Notes under the pieces: model-generated
What the model was told of the DNA's origin: nothing
Database searches by the model: none
The model's input: the letters and a program-made list of their open reading frames with translations, nothing else
Source of the DNA: a virus
Virus record (IMG/VR): IMGVR_UViG_3300009130_000011
Coordinates: 1-64,000 of that record
Strand: one strand, 5' to 3'
Length of the DNA: 64,000 nucleotides
Position numbers and translations under genes: made by a program
Part shown: piece after piece, positions 47,241 through 59,747 of the stretch
How positions within the stretch are numbered: position 1 is the stretch's first letter
How the letters are laid out: every line of letters begins with the position of its first letter

Positions 47241-47746
47241 TTTAATTCCATTGAATCTTCTTTAGATTCTTTTTCTTGTTCTTCTATAAAGCTAACTTCA
47301 GCATTTTGTTTCCACGCTTTACTTATTTCCCAATCGGCATCTAATTCTTCAAATGCTCTTTTCTCTGCCTCGTCTTGCGATTCTGCATCAATAAAATAAG
47401 TGCGATAAGTTGTGCTTGCTATTTCTATTTCAAATGTTTTCATTATTTATTCCTCGTACATATAAATTGGAGTGTATTCGCCAAGATAAGCGCACTCCAT
47501 ATTAAAATTAAAATAATCTATTGCTTCATCGGGAGTCATACCATCTCTATTAACAAGAGTTCCTACGATCATATCAACGGAATAAACGACTTTCCCATCA
47601 CTAGAATACCCCATAATCGACTCATCAAAACCATCAGCGAATAATGCTTCGGGATTATGCTCAGAAATAGTCTGCCTTAATCGTTCCGCACGATCAGCAC
47701 GAATTTTTCTAATTTTATCTATTGTATCTTTTTCACTCATATTCAA
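47237..47746 (-). other. two hypothetical genes (47237..47443, 47447..47746)
   Basis: ADGFDESIMG-type phage protein and an AESQDEAE-motif protein. Confidence 0.6.
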
Positions 47747-47783
47747 AAGACTAAAGTAAATTAATTAAAGAGTCAAGACTTTT

Positions 47784-48782
47784 TTAGGCGAAAGCTAAGT
47801 TTTTTCTCATTAAGCGAATAGCTTTGTCTTTTTGCTTTACTTCGCACTCCCACTTGGCTTCCTTATTTGGCTCGATAGCAATAACAGGTGGAATATTACC
47901 TAGAGCAAAATACTCTGCATGAGAACGAGGTTTTTCGGGAGTGCCTTCAGACCAATGAAAGACAGGAGCAATAAAGTTATGATCTCCTTCTCCTTGGTTG
48001 ACCCATGTATAAGCGCAACGCTCTGCTTGAAATACGACATTGTGATCTTCTGATGGATTGCAAAAATCATGTAAGTTGTCGTAGCAAACAGGAATACCTA
48101 CCCCGAATGCATTAAATAAATGGTCGCTAAATTTAATACAATTATCTACATTAAAGAAACCTTTGTCTTCGTTCTCGATAGTCAAGCGTTTGTAAACACC
48201 TTTATCGCACATAGAAAGATTGCGAAAGAATCTAGTAGCAACTAACTCTAGCGTTTCATCTGCTTTTGGAGTATAGTTTATGTGAATGTTCATTGGTGCA
48301 GTATGATCTTGTGGAAGACCTAGCATATCAAGAACACTTGCTTGAAAATTTAACTCATTAATTGTGCGAGCGACCTTATCTCTATCGGGAGACGCAAGAA
48401 CATTGAACTGATCGGGGTGAGAGCCGATAGATATATTAAAATCTTTAGCGATTTTACCTGCAAATTCTAACTCTTCTTGTATAAGAGTTTTATCGGGTAA
48501 ATCATCGAAAGTAACTTCTGTCTTTTCGTCAGTAACAAGAGGAAAGAGAGCAGAACTAAGACGATAATGTAGGATGTTATTACTAATGCAATGGCGAATA
48601 ATGTAGCGAGTAGTGCGAGCATTATGCAGAATCCTTTCTGATAGTTCTTTAATAGCTTCATCTTTGCCATCTCTTACACAAAGGTCGTTAAACCTTTTGC
48701 GAGTCATAGTTTTAAAAGAATACTTTTTCTTATCCTTCTGTTTTAATTCTTCGCTAATACAAGTTAAGCCTAATATTGTCAT
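47784..48782 (-). CDS. uvsE: UV damage endonuclease
   Basis: LGLTCI, YRLSSALFP, HPDQFNVLAS, RLTIENED, DNLH, HWSE, SHAEY, EVKQKD. Confidence 0.88.
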   Translation of the reverse strand: MTILGLTCISEELKQKDKKKYSFKTMTRKRFNDLCVRDGKDEAIKELSERILHNARTTRYIIRHCISNNILHYRLSSALFPLVTDEKTEVTFDDLPDKTLIQEELEFAGKIAKDFNISIGSHPDQFNVLASPDRDKVARTINELNFQASVLDMLGLPQDHTAPMNIHINYTPKADETLELVATRFFRNLSMCDKGVYKRLTIENEDKGFFNVDNCIKFSDHLFNAFGVGIPVCYDNLHDFCNPSEDHNVVFQAERCAYTWVNQGEGDHNFIAPVFHWSEGTPEKPRSHAEYFALGNIPPVIAIEPNKEAKWECEVKQKDKAIRLMRKNLAFA

Positions 48783-48821
48783 AGAGTATAATTATCTTAC
48801 AAAACAAAATAAATGTCAAGG

Positions 48822-50691
48822 CTAATCCCAAGATTGCCTTTCTTTTTCTGCAATAAAGTCGCATAACCAATTTGCAAAATCTTTTAAGTCGTAATAAAAT
48901 CTTTCTCGATTATCCTTGCTCATCCAAAACAAAGCATTATTTAAAAAACTTTTCATTCTTCTTTGGACTATAATTAAATCCTTCGGCTCTAATTTCTTTA
49001 GACAATTATCAACCAAATGCGAAACATTGTTTACCAACTTATTTATCTCTTCGTCATCGCTATGCCATTTTTTAAACATCTTTAGGATAAGCGTATGGCT
49101 TTTGTGGGGTGACAATCGCTTCAATTAAATCAAGAAAGTATGGTTGGAGTTTTTCTTCTACTTTATCTGCAACCATTTGCCTACCCGCTTCAGCGCCAAG
49201 ATTGATCTGCACCTCTGATAGAGACTCAAGAGACTCTAAGATTGCCTTATTTAAATCGCTCTTTTCCATTAATCAAAAATCCTCTCGTATTCTTCATTAA
49301 ATTCTTCGTCTGATAAACTCATCAACCATGCCTCAACCTTATCTAAGGCATATTCCATTAGAGTTTCCATGTCCCATGAGTTTACTATTTCGTTAGATAG
49401 TTTTTCTAACTTTTCTGTACTAATATTTTCGGTAATCATTTCTATTTATATTACTATTTGTTTTTTATATAGTCAAGCTCAAAATGGAACTTGATGCGCA
49501 GGGTCGTCCTGCTCAGATTCTTCTGCTTTATAAGCAACACCTTGACCGCCATTAGGAAAAATTACTTTTGCTTTCTTTGTTTGAAATGGGTTTTGAGATA
49601 TGATTGTTTCATTTGTTCCGTATAAATCATCTAGCGCAAGAGTCATTGTCTCTAAAGCGTAGCGAGAATGTGTCATACTGCCATAAACACCCTTATTATC
49701 ACAAAGAGTATATATTTTCATTAGATATTCTTTTGCGTCAATATGATTGCCTATTTTTGACGCACACAAAAATTCTTTCCAAAAACGATAAGTTTCTCTT
49801 TTTCGGTAGCGTTTTTTTATTTGCTCTTCAATATTTTCTGATGGTGGATTAAAGTCTAATTCAGTTTGAACGGATTCAAAAACTTTTTTAGGAATTTTAT
49901 AATTGCCATCTTTTGTTTGCAAACAATTCATGTAAACTAATTGTAAGACATTCTCAAACCTTCTTAAAATTTTATCTTTATCTATATTGCCTTGGAGTCT
50001 TGCTCCGCTCATTGTCATACTCATATTAAATTAAATATTTTTAAAAGAATAATAATTTGCAAAAACATTGTCATTGCAATCATTATAGTTTTTGCTTGCT
50101 CTGTGTCAAACTTTTTTTTGGATTCCACTACAACTTCTTTCGGCTTTGGGTTATCTAAATGCTTTCCGTTTATATCTTTCCAATTTGCTATTGCTTGATT
50201 TTTTTTGCTTGGCATAGCATTAGTTCCAATCAAAATCTGCGGATATTGCAAAAGCTAATCTATCTTTCCAAGGATTGCCGTATTTATCGAACTGAGTTGG
50301 ATCACTAATTTTTACTATAATATTTGCGCCCCAAGCGTTTAGTTCTTCTCCATCGGTGCAATAATCGCAATCAATATTTAATGAGGGAGTGTCTTCTACA
50401 TGAGTATCTTCTTGGTAATCAAGAAACCAAACAGGTACAGACAAACCTTCTTCTACTAAATCTTCTCTAATTGTTAAATGACTATCTTTTACGCTCATAT
50501 TACTTTTTGTTTAAATTATTTAAGGTTAATCCAAATTCTTCTCTTACATACCTTTTACTTTCGCCATTCAAAACCAACTGCTTATTTAAATTAAATGCTT
50601 CAAATTTTGTAAGAAGAATTGGTCTTTTGGGTAGAATTGGATTTGGTTTATCCCAATTAACCATGATGTAAGGTTTTAAGCTCAATTCCAA
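48822..50691 (-). other. run of hypothetical genes
   Basis: 48822..49124, 49072..49269, 49479..50024, 50021..50251, 50220..50498, 50500..50691. Confidence 0.55.
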
Positions 50692-50869
50692 TCTTTCTCC
50701 AACACATATTTTTTTCTTACTCCATTTAATCCGAAAGCATAGTTTTTTGTTTTAGCTTCATATTCTGTTAGCTTTGCTCTCTTGAGAAAAGCGTAGCATG
50801 ACTTTAAGTTTAAGTCGATTAAAACATAAGTGTGTAATGATGAATTATCTAAGTGCATAATATAAAAAA

Positions 50870-52063
50870 TTATTCATAGTTTCTAAATCCGATTGCATAC
50901 GGAAATCTAGGTATCCCATCGGGAGTAAGCTGAAAAAATTTGATAGTCGCTAACTGACCAATATAATTCTTGCGATTATCATAAATTTCTTTAAGGTAAT
51001 CGAATGAACCTTTAATATTTGAATTGAAAGTTTTTTGAGTATTCTCGCAAAAGCATACTAGGTGCTTTGCAGTCCCACTACGATTACCATTACCTACATC
51101 AATGTCGATAACTCGATATTCTGCATCAATAAATTCTTTGCGTTTAAGAAGAGTTTTACTGCGCTTGTTCTCATAGCCTTCGTCCTTGCGAACCATTTGA
51201 CCTTCGTAGCCTAAGTCGATATACTGACCATATAAATCGTCAAGCTCATCTTCACTATCAACTTTAGATGTTTCTACAAGCAACACATTATGTTGAATAA
51301 TGTTTGCACTTTTGTTGAAAGCGTTTTTAAGTTGATTAAAGCGCATATCGAATGTAGTATTCTCTGTGCAGTAATGATTAAGATAAGGTGCATCATACAC
51401 ATGGTACTCAATAGTCTCTTCTGCCTCTGCAAGCCTCTCTTCATAATCAACGACTTTTTTTGCAAAAACATTGTCGCTCATCTTATCTGATTGAGTTGGT
51501 TTTTGTTTGCGAACAAGCGAAGTAATCTTATTGAAATTATCCCTCAAATCGTGATTATACAACTCTCCATCAAGAATGGCATTTGGGTAGTCAAGAAAGA
51601 AGCTATTGAGGCTTTTGAGAATATGAGGAATACACTCTATCTCCTTGCCGTTACGAGTGCGTCCTACGAGCGCATCATCTTCCATACGAACAACGCAACG
51701 AATACCATCAAGCTTTGGTTGGGAGTATATTGGATACTCAAGTTCACCCTTGCGATCTTTATAATTATGCGCAAGCATTGGTTCATAAAACTTCTTCTCT
51801 TGCGCATCTATTTCATTGAACGCATAGCCCGAATCTAATTTCTTCTGAAACTTTGCTTGAGCCTCAAGCTCCGCTTGCTCTTCGGGGGTTGTTTCATTTG
51901 ACCTACCGACATTTTTAGCGATTGTAGTCGTAGCCTTGTCTTGAGTCTTTTTGCCTTCGACAAGACCTTTGACTGCATAGAATGAATTGCCATCAATGTG
52001 CATAGTCCACTCACGCAACTTGCCTGTTGAATCTACTTTATATAGTGTGTCTAGTTTTTTCAT
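50870..52063 (-). CDS. ATP-dependent DNA ligase
   Basis: PMLA, QPKLDGIRC, LDGELY, GYEGQMVR, KRSKTLLKRK, GIPRFP. Confidence 0.92.
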   Translation of the reverse strand: MKKLDTLYKVDSTGKLREWTMHIDGNSFYAVKGLVEGKKTQDKATTTIAKNVGRSNETTPEEQAELEAQAKFQKKLDSGYAFNEIDAQEKKFYEPMLAHNYKDRKGELEYPIYSQPKLDGIRCVVRMEDDALVGRTRNGKEIECIPHILKSLNSFFLDYPNAILDGELYNHDLRDNFNKITSLVRKQKPTQSDKMSDNVFAKKVVDYEERLAEAEETIEYHVYDAPYLNHYCTENTTFDMRFNQLKNAFNKSANIIQHNVLLVETSKVDSEDELDDLYGQYIDLGYEGQMVRKDEGYENKRSKTLLKRKEFIDAEYRVIDIDVGNGNRSGTAKHLVCFCENTQKTFNSNIKGSFDYLKEIYDNRKNYIGQLATIKFFQLTPDGIPRFPYAIGFRNYE

Positions 52064-52105
52064 TACTCAATAATATTGACATAGATTTAAGGTGATGTCA
52101 AGATA

Positions 52106-53745
52106 TTATTTAAAATAATCAAACCTCTCAAGCTCATCTTCAGCCTCTTTCCCAAGATGAAAGAGCGCAACTGAAATTCTGTTATCATGGTTACTAATCA
52201 TTAAAGAATATCCATCTATTCTAAGCCAAGCGTTGTGACCTGTCAAGACAAAATCTTCTCCACCAAAAGAACCATCATCGTTCCCTACCGAATCATGTTT
52301 AATGTCGGGTTGGATGTTCATTTCAAAATTTACTGATTCAGATACAACACTCATTTTTATGCTCCATTATTTTTTTAATTTCATCTCTAGCTTGCTCCCA
52401 ATAGAAGCGTTTCATTTCATCGGTTTGACCAAATTGCTCGGCTCTAACCATGCACATTCCATAATGATGCCATATTTTGCATATCTTGTCAATGTTTTTA
52501 TCATCGGGTTTGACATTAAAATGATTCCAACAATTTTCTCCATCAATAGTTTCTGTTTCTATCCATTCAGCAGGAAAACCTTTAGCAAAATACATAAGAC
52601 CATTGTGGTCTGCAAACTTTCTAGCAAGAGAAACAAAACTATCTTCTACTTCATGTGACTCGTACAAGTTTGCATCCTCATACCAAGACTCGTAGACACT
52701 AATTTCAAATTGAAAAGTATCTTTAATTGCAACATATTCTTGTTGAAATTTTGGTCGATTGTCGTCACCATGCTCTAGTATGTCAACACTATGAAGTTTG
52801 CCATACCATTTCATGTGCTTCATTACTCGACTACTATAAATAATCTTTTGGAACTCTTCAAGGAGTTCGCTATTAGACTTCGTAGTCGCTTGCGTTCTTC
52901 TAAAACTTACTGATAAACCTTCTCCACTCATAATATAATATATAATAAAAAACTAAGGGTGAGTATATTGATAACAATAGCGTATGTCAACAAAAAAATA
53001 TCTTTTTTGCTCCAAGAGTTATCTTTTGGATCGTGAAATTGATTCATCAAAATGCTGAACACCACAAGGTAATGGTGATTGTTGCAATGATGAGTAATTC
53101 AATAAAAAAATTCACATCATTATGTACACTATATTTATTCACTTGTCCAAGTTTCTTCAAGGGTAGCGTTCATATAATCTTTATGAGTGATTTCTCCAAG
53201 AGTACCCATAATGTCCATACCGCCCTCTTCTTCCAATAGCTTCCTTGCTTCATCTTCGGAATCTGCATCTATTTCATAAAAATAAGTTGCAGGGACGCTG
53301 AATACATAAGTATTTTTTTTGGTTAAATCCATTCTATCGTAATAATTGCCATGACTCATTTTTCAAATTCTACCTCTTTATTTCCTTTTTTATTATAACT
53401 AAATAAATATTGTTCTCTATCTGTATCAATCTGATGATAGGGATTATCTTTAGTTGGTGGATCAACTGCATAAGCACAAACATCCCAAGACCATGTACTA
53501 GGGTCAGTATATTCATACTCTCCCGAACCATCTTGCTTAACTACGCACCACTCGTCTCCACAATGAATATTATAATCTATATAATTACCATCTCCTAAAT
53601 CATAGCTATTCCAATAGTCAAAGTTATCTCCTTCGGTTTCAATTTCGGGATTAAGCTCAACTTTTTTAATGTGAGTTAATGCTAAATCAATAATCGCTAG
53701 AGCGACTTCTTGAGGCGCTTTCCAAGTTTCTATTGTATTAATCAT
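52106..53745 (-). other. hypothetical genes (52106..52354, 52338..52931, 53135..53359, 53356..53745)
   Basis: co-oriented ORFs. Confidence 0.6.
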
Positions 53746-54695
53746 TTTGTTTCTCCTTCTAATATTCTTGCTATTAATTTTCTGCCATTTGGGGTTAGCT
53801 TTCTTTTGCCATCAATCTCAATAAAAGACTTTCTCAATAAGTACATTTCGTGATCTTGCATTAGCGCAGTCTTGCTTAAACCTGTTTTTGCTGATAAAGA
53901 TGTTAATGTGCAACACCCATCTTTGTGTAATATTTCTAAGATTTCCTTTTCTGTTCTTGATATTCCAAATGGAAGAATATCTAAAGTATCTCTTAAATCT
54001 TCTAAATCGTCAAGAGAAAAATTATCTTTTCCTTTAGCTTCGCAATAAAGATGGACTTCTTTAGCTCTCTTTACCGCATTTCTCGCGTTGCCCCTAGTCG
54101 TCTTACTAAGTTTTTCTAAAACCTCGTCATCAATATTAATGTCATCACTAATATTCAAAGCCATAATATTTGAAAGCTCATTGTAAGAATAAGGCTCAAA
54201 GTCTATTGGGGTCAACCTGTCTTTTAAAGGTGGAAACAACTTATCTGTTTCAGTCGTTGCAAACATATAGGTTTGTCTTGTAAAATCAAAATGACAAACA
54301 GACTCTTGCCAAATAAATTCTTTATTAGCGCTACTTTCAGTATTAAAAATAGTCAAAAAAGCATTGGTTAAATCTTTAGGTAATTCATGCGCCTCGTCAA
54401 ACAAAATTGAAACTTCATTATTATTAATAACAGGCAAGAAGACTTGCTCAAAGAATGTGTCCACATTAGACAATGTAGAACAATTCAATTCTAGTAATGG
54501 TCTTTTGCTCCCACTTTGATTGTGAAGCTCATTAGCAAACGCTTTAGCAAACTCTGTCTTGCCCAAGCCTTTCGCACCTGCAAAAAGCAAAAATGGGCAT
54601 AAGCTAGTTTGATTGAAAGCCGATTTGTAAAAAGCTAATTTTCTTTTGACGCTTGATTGTCCTACCAAGCCACGAAACATTGTATCTGATTCCAT
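53742..54695 (-). CDS. ruvB: RuvB-like Holliday junction branch-migration ATPase
   Basis: LVGQ, GAKGLGKT, ILFDEAH, ATTE...PLKDR, RGNARNA, winged-helix C-terminus with EMYLL. Confidence 0.8.
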   Translation of the reverse strand: MESDTMFRGLVGQSSVKRKLAFYKSAFNQTSLCPFLLFAGAKGLGKTEFAKAFANELHNQSGSKRPLLELNCSTLSNVDTFFEQVFLPVINNNEVSILFDEAHELPKDLTNAFLTIFNTESSANKEFIWQESVCHFDFTRQTYMFATTETDKLFPPLKDRLTPIDFEPYSYNELSNIMALNISDDINIDDEVLEKLSKTTRGNARNAVKRAKEVHLYCEAKGKDNFSLDDLEDLRDTLDILPFGISRTEKEILEILHKDGCCTLTSLSAKTGLSKTALMQDHEMYLLRKSFIEIDGKRKLTPNGRKLIARILEGETK

Positions 54696-54730
54696 AATAC
54701 CTTTCTATATTGAGCGAAAAAAAATAATTG

Positions 54731-55260
54731 TCAAGAACTTTCGTCTCCAAATAAATCGTCCATGACATTTATGCTAAAATCTTCTACGGAGTGACCTTTG
54801 GGCATGAGGGATTGTATGTACGCTACAACTTTCTTGCCTACTTCGTCATGTATAGTAGAAAAAGTATAAGTAGTCATATCTTTATCACTACCATAACCAA
54901 ACTCTATTACGATATGACAATCATCAAGCACATCTTTATTTGTTATTGGGCAAGTCAAATTTAAATCCTCATCGTAGAATGGATCATTTTTTTTACTCAT
55001 TTTATAATTTTATTTTTAATTAAATCTTCAAAAACATGAAAAAGTTTTTCTTGCCTAGATTTATGCAACTCTTTCGCCCCAATTAACATATTTAGTATTT
55101 TGTCTTCAGAGGGATGCCCCACAAAAGCCGTAGGCGAGTCGGAAAAAGAATACATTATTGTATCTATATCATCCTCTACCATAGCCATTTTCTGAATTGC
55201 TTCCTCTAAATCAAACCTGTCATATAATCCATTTTCTTTCATTTTAAATAAGACTCCCAT
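54731..55260 (-). other. two hypothetical genes (54731..55000, 54997..55260)
   Basis: co-oriented ORFs. Confidence 0.6.
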
Positions 55261-55622
55261 CTATTTTTCATTAAGTTAATTGTTTCTTGTGGTACTCCAT
55301 GTATATTTTGAAAAGAGTTTTGACACTCAATAACAAAAGGGGAATAATTAAATTCTTTAGCTAAAATAAAATATGGCTCTGCTTCCCACGCTTGAGAAAA
55401 AGTATTTGCTACTGCAATCACATTAGCTTTTTGGGTCATAGCATATTTAACATTTCTTTGGCAATTCTCATGTGCTATCTTTAATTTGCTTGCATCAAAG
55501 TTGTAGTTACCTGCTTGATCTGTAAACCAATCATCCGCAGAGTAAACCACAGGAGATAGCTTGTGGGCAAGGGTAGTTTTACCACTCCCCGAAAGACCTC
55601 TGATTATGTATAAAATGTTCAT
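55239..55622 (-). CDS. P-loop kinase (AAA_33-like)
   Basis: IIRGLSGSGKTT, SADDWF, AH..C, VANT, NIHGVP. Confidence 0.8.
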   Translation of the reverse strand: MNILYIIRGLSGSGKTTLAHKLSPVVYSADDWFTDQAGNYNFDASKLKIAHENCQRNVKYAMTQKANVIAVANTFSQAWEAEPYFILAKEFNYSPFVIECQNSFQNIHGVPQETINLMKNRWESYLK

Positions 55623-55668
55623 TACGCTATATAAACTAAGAAAAAAAAATTTAAATGTCAAGCAAAAA

Positions 55669-55753
55669 TGGTGCGGATGGTGGGAATCGAACCCACACTC
55701 CCAAGGGAAACGGATTTTAAGTCCGTAGCGTCTACCAATTCCGCCACATCCGC
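55669..55753 (-). tRNA. tRNA-Leu(TAA)
   Basis: GCGGATG...ACGGA-CTTAAAA-TCCGT, long variable arm, GGTTCGATTCC, encoded CCA. Confidence 0.95.
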
Positions 55754-56275
55754 CTACGCTAAATCAAACTTAACTATATAGCATTGTATCGGAGAGTCAA
55801 GAAAAATATCTTCAATCATTGCTTTTATAATGCCCCAATTTCCCCCCGCTAAACCGCAAGAAATTCCGTATGGCAATCCAAGAACAGGGGGTGGACTTCC
55901 ATCGTATTCATGTTTATTTACATTCATCTCAAAAAGGTCTTGCTCTACTTTTTTTAATGCTTGCCAAAACTTTTCGTAATGAACTTGTCTTGAGCCATCT
56001 CCAATACTTGCTTGGTTATACATATTGTATATATATTTGTCGCCATTTATTTTGGCTTTTGAGAATTTTCCGAGCCAATGAACATATTGTCCATTGTGGT
56101 CGTACTCTTGGTTAAATGCCTTCCAATCTGCTTCGTATGCTTCGGGATAGCGATCTTTAATCTGTTTAGCTATACCTGCTCCCATGATGTGCATAGTATT
56201 GCAGGAATGGGCGATAGTATTAATATCGTTTGGAAAATCGAGGAGATTGCCTTCTATCTGTGTTACTTCTGCCAT
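55754..56275 (-). CDS. macrodomain (ADP-ribose hydrolase, TARG1/Poa1p-like)
   Basis: IEGNLL, IAHSCN..HIMGAGIAKQI...YP, PYGISCGLAGGNW. Confidence 0.85.
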   Translation of the reverse strand: MAEVTQIEGNLLDFPNDINTIAHSCNTMHIMGAGIAKQIKDRYPEAYEADWKAFNQEYDHNGQYVHWLGKFSKAKINGDKYIYNMYNQASIGDGSRQVHYEKFWQALKKVEQDLFEMNVNKHEYDGSPPPVLGLPYGISCGLAGGNWGIIKAMIEDIFLDSPIQCYIVKFDLA

Positions 56276-56320
56276 AATTGCTCGACTATACATGAAGAAG
56301 CAAAGGATGTCAAGAACTAT

Positions 56321-56793
56321 TTACCAACTATTTATTGAGATGTTTTCTCTGTTGTCCTTATCTCTCTCCATTTTATTCAAGAGTCTTTTGAGAGTTCCTT
56401 CCCCCGACTTTAAGTAGTCTTTGCTATTAAGCATATCTCTAATCATCTGTCGGTAATATCTCCCTTTATAAGACCAACCTAAATCAAAGCCTCTATGCAA
56501 GCCTTTCTGATGAGCTTCTTCAAACTCATTACTTATACCGCTATCAAACATAATAAATTTATTTAAATTAATTTTTCTACATATTAATCTTTTTCAAATT
56601 GTTTTAAAACTTCTAATCTCCCCTGCGCATCATCGAGCAAACATAGGGCTTCTTTGGCATTGTTGTAAAAATCTTCTGTCGAATGATCTCCTATGCCAAC
56701 TGCTTTTTCTCCGAGTAAATGGAGACTTAACTTCGCTTTATCTACATCTGCTTGCGCAGAGTTTTTTAACATATTGTATAATAATTTATTCAT
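56321..56793 (-). other. two hypothetical genes (56321..56551, 56584..56793)
   Basis: ORFs; the second carries VGIGDHS. Confidence 0.55.
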
Positions 56794-56883
56794 CGTTTGT
56801 AAATAATAATATAAAACTAGCAAAAATGCAATAACAAAATACCCCAATCACACAAATAGTATCCCATGCCCATTCTAAAAATT

Positions 56884-57303
56884 TCATAAGTTGCTTTGTG
56901 CCTCAGCGATTCTTTGCCTTAATTCTGTGCTTGAGAACTCATGTGATCTTTCGTTGTAATAAATCTCAATGCCTTTTGATTGACAAATGTCAAGCCCCGA
57001 AAAATTATCACCTTTATAGTCAGCGCCAATAATTCTCACATCAATAGGGTAAGCCCATAAAATATCATGCAAATCTTTTTCAAGATTATATGGTATAACT
57101 TCATCAACATATTCTACTGAAGATAATTGAATATAGCGCTCAACCACACTTTGAATAGGTTTATTTTTCTGAGGGCGCTCGATCTGAGGGTCAATGTGAA
57201 GACCACAAATAAGATAATCGCAAACAGATTTTGCTTCTTTTAGCATTAAGATATGACCTGCATGAAGAAGATCAAAGGTTGAAAATGTAATTCCTGTTTT
57301 CAT
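56884..57303 (-). CDS. cytidylyltransferase (TagD/glycerol-3-phosphate type)
   Basis: TFDLLHAGH, YLICGL, KPIQSVVER, VDEV, GADY, RSHEFSSTELR. Confidence 0.85.
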   Translation of the reverse strand: MKTGITFSTFDLLHAGHILMLKEAKSVCDYLICGLHIDPQIERPQKNKPIQSVVERYIQLSSVEYVDEVIPYNLEKDLHDILWAYPIDVRIIGADYKGDNFSGLDICQSKGIEIYYNERSHEFSSTELRQRIAEAQSNL

Positions 57304-57564
57304 CGCTTAATTTTTTTTATGCACTCTATATTTGATTTGTACATTTCTTTTTGTCTTCTTAGTTCGTTCCCTGCTCCTTGCAAGGTGCTAATGGCTTTAT
57401 TTTCGGTCATTCTACCATCAAGCACCATGCCGACACAAATTGTCACCTCTCTTGCATTAACTCGATAAGGGAAATTCCTGCAAAGAAATTTATAAAAGCG
57501 ACCGCTTATTTTCCCATGCTTTAATTTTTTATGCAAAAATCTTCTGTAATTGCAATTTTTAGTA

Positions 57565-57876
57565 TTATGTAATGTTTTCATAACTTATAGGCTTTTTTAA
57601 TTTATTTATTTGAAGTTTAGTTTCTTCAAAAAATTCTCTATCTGCGTCAACTCTCCACTCTGCACCTTCACCTTCGGGGTAATCAATATAGCAATAATGA
57701 GTGACATCTCCTGTTAAGAACCCTGCATCGCTACCAAATACATGGTTATTTGAATCGTGATAATCTTCGTCTCTACCATAGTAAAAACCTGTCCACACTC
57801 CTGTTCCCTCAAAGAAGTAAAGCAATCTTACACCTTCTTCGGGAATCTCGTCTTCAATTTTAATCCAATTTATCAT
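57565..57876 (-). CDS. DUF551-like protein
   Basis: WIKIEDEIP...VTHY. Confidence 0.55.
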   Translation of the reverse strand: MINWIKIEDEIPEEGVRLLYFFEGTGVWTGFYYGRDEDYHDSNNHVFGSDAGFLTGDVTHYCYIDYPEGEGAEWRVDADREFFEETKLQINKLKKPISYENIT

Positions 57877-59280
57877 TTTCTTCTTCTGAGAACCATTCGT
57901 ATTCTGTGTTAAATAATTCGTCTACATTTTTAGGATGAAAGCCCATGCTTACCATTAAGCCCTTAAACATATCTGCCAAGCCTTCTGCATCTACATCTTC
58001 ATTGGATTCAACGCTATAAGTTTTATTATAATTAGTAATTGATATTTTCATTTTTTCTGCCCCCAAAATCCGCAAAGACAGGGTTGGTTATCTTTCTGAT
58101 TTGCGCCTTCTTTGTAGCCCTTATCGTACGCCTCTGTTTGATTTTTTAGCATACTTTTTTCAAAATTTTTAGCAAGATATTCTTGTGCATCTGCCCACCC
58201 TTTATCGTAGCCTTTTTGATAGTTTATTTCTTCGCTTATTTGTTCAATCATTTTTTTCAAATTATTTTTTTATAGAGCGTATAATTTGCTCTATTCCATG
58301 TGAATTTTTTGTAACAATAGATTCCCCATTTGATAAAGCTATTCTGTAGAAAATAGAGTCTCCATGCGCTTTTTCTTTTACATACATAACCTGCTTTGGA
58401 TTTATATGGTACTTTTCATTATTTGAATCTTCAACTTGAATAATATTTTTCATAATATTTTTTATTTAAATTAATTTTTAAGTTCTTTAAATTTTAAAAT
58501 CCATTTCTCAACATCTTTAATTTCTGAAAATATTTCATTTAAATTTTCTTTCTTTGGCTTATTTACGCAATGTAAAACTTCTACCGATAGCTCGTTCAAT
58601 TCTTCCGCAAGTTTAAGTAGGATATGCCTTTCTCTGCGCCTGTTTTCAATTTCTCTCATTTAAATCGTTAATTAGTTGTTTGATTTCTTCGCCTGTAACC
58701 CTGTGGTTTTCTAATAAATCGATAGTAGCAACCCTCAAAGCGTAAAGTGTATTAATGTCAATTTCTCTTTCTGGTGGAATGTCTATATTTTCTTCATGCA
58801 AGGGGATTATGTCATCCAAGCAAACTAATTGCTTGCCGTAGAATAAATCTAAATCTTTGTTTATTTGCAAAAATGCCGTTAGTAATTTATGTGGATTGTT
58901 TACTTCCTTTTTTAATTGTTTAATGTTCTCGTAAAGTATTTCGTTTTCTTGCTCAAGAGGATATATTTTCTCTAGTAAAAAATCATGGGTCATCCATAGC
59001 AGTTCTATCTGTTCCTTTCTGCTCACCATTAAAAAGCTCCGTACACCTCTTGTCGATCTTCTTCTGTAAAGCCAAAATCATTTTCATGCAAATTATTGTG
59101 GGCTTGATATGCCTTTTGAAGCTTTACGCGGAAATCGTCTAATGTTTCATTATTTATGTAATGCTTATTTGTAAATTCAGCAATCGCTTCCGCAACCAAC
59201 TTCATTTCAAATGGGCTGGATATGAAATTGGCTTCCATGGTTTGGTGCGCAGAATTTATATAAATAACTTCGGTTTTCAT
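57860..59280 (-). other. run of small hypothetical genes
   Basis: 57860..58075, 58048..58260, 58262..58453, 58471..58659, 58646..59029, 59029..59280. Confidence 0.55.
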
Positions 59281-59569
59281 TATAAAAATTTATATAGTAT
59301 ATTTAGCTGAGAAGTACCAAGATACCTTGTAACATAAGCGCAAAATTCTGCGACCCTAGAAGCGCTCCACTTCTCTTCGTTAATAATATTTCCGACTTCA
59401 GAAAAGCCGCCGTCTTGCCATAGTTCTGTAAGTTGTACAAACGATGTATTATCCATTTTTTTATATATTTGAGTTTTTATTGTTTTGCTTTTGAGACTTT
59501 TATCTCATTGACTAAGAACAATAATGCATATTCGGCAGGCAAAGTCAAGCTTTTTGTGTATTTTTTTAT

Positions 59570-59746
59570 ATGAGGAACAGGATAATCGATTATTTGACTG
59601 TGGAAATTATGGCTGACAAAAGCTTTAAAGTCCATTACGCGGTAAGGGTTAGAGCTGCTTGGGCGCTTGCTGAAAAAAAATATGAGACGCTGACTGAAGA
59701 AGAAAAGGAGGAAATTATAAAAAAAATAAAACAACAGGGCGGTTAA
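59570..59746 (+). CDS. 58-aa protein on the opposite strand (MRNRIIDYLTVEIMADKSF...)
   Basis: open frame preceded by a GTGTAT late-type motif. Confidence 0.45.
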   Translation: MRNRIIDYLTVEIMADKSFKVHYAVRVRAAWALAEKKYETLTEEEKEEIIKKIKQQGG

Positions 59747-59747
59747 A

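Noticed and set aside
59477-59734. 85-aa minus-strand ORF
   Set aside because: Low-complexity Phe-rich translation; the plus-strand frame 59570..59746 looks more protein-like.
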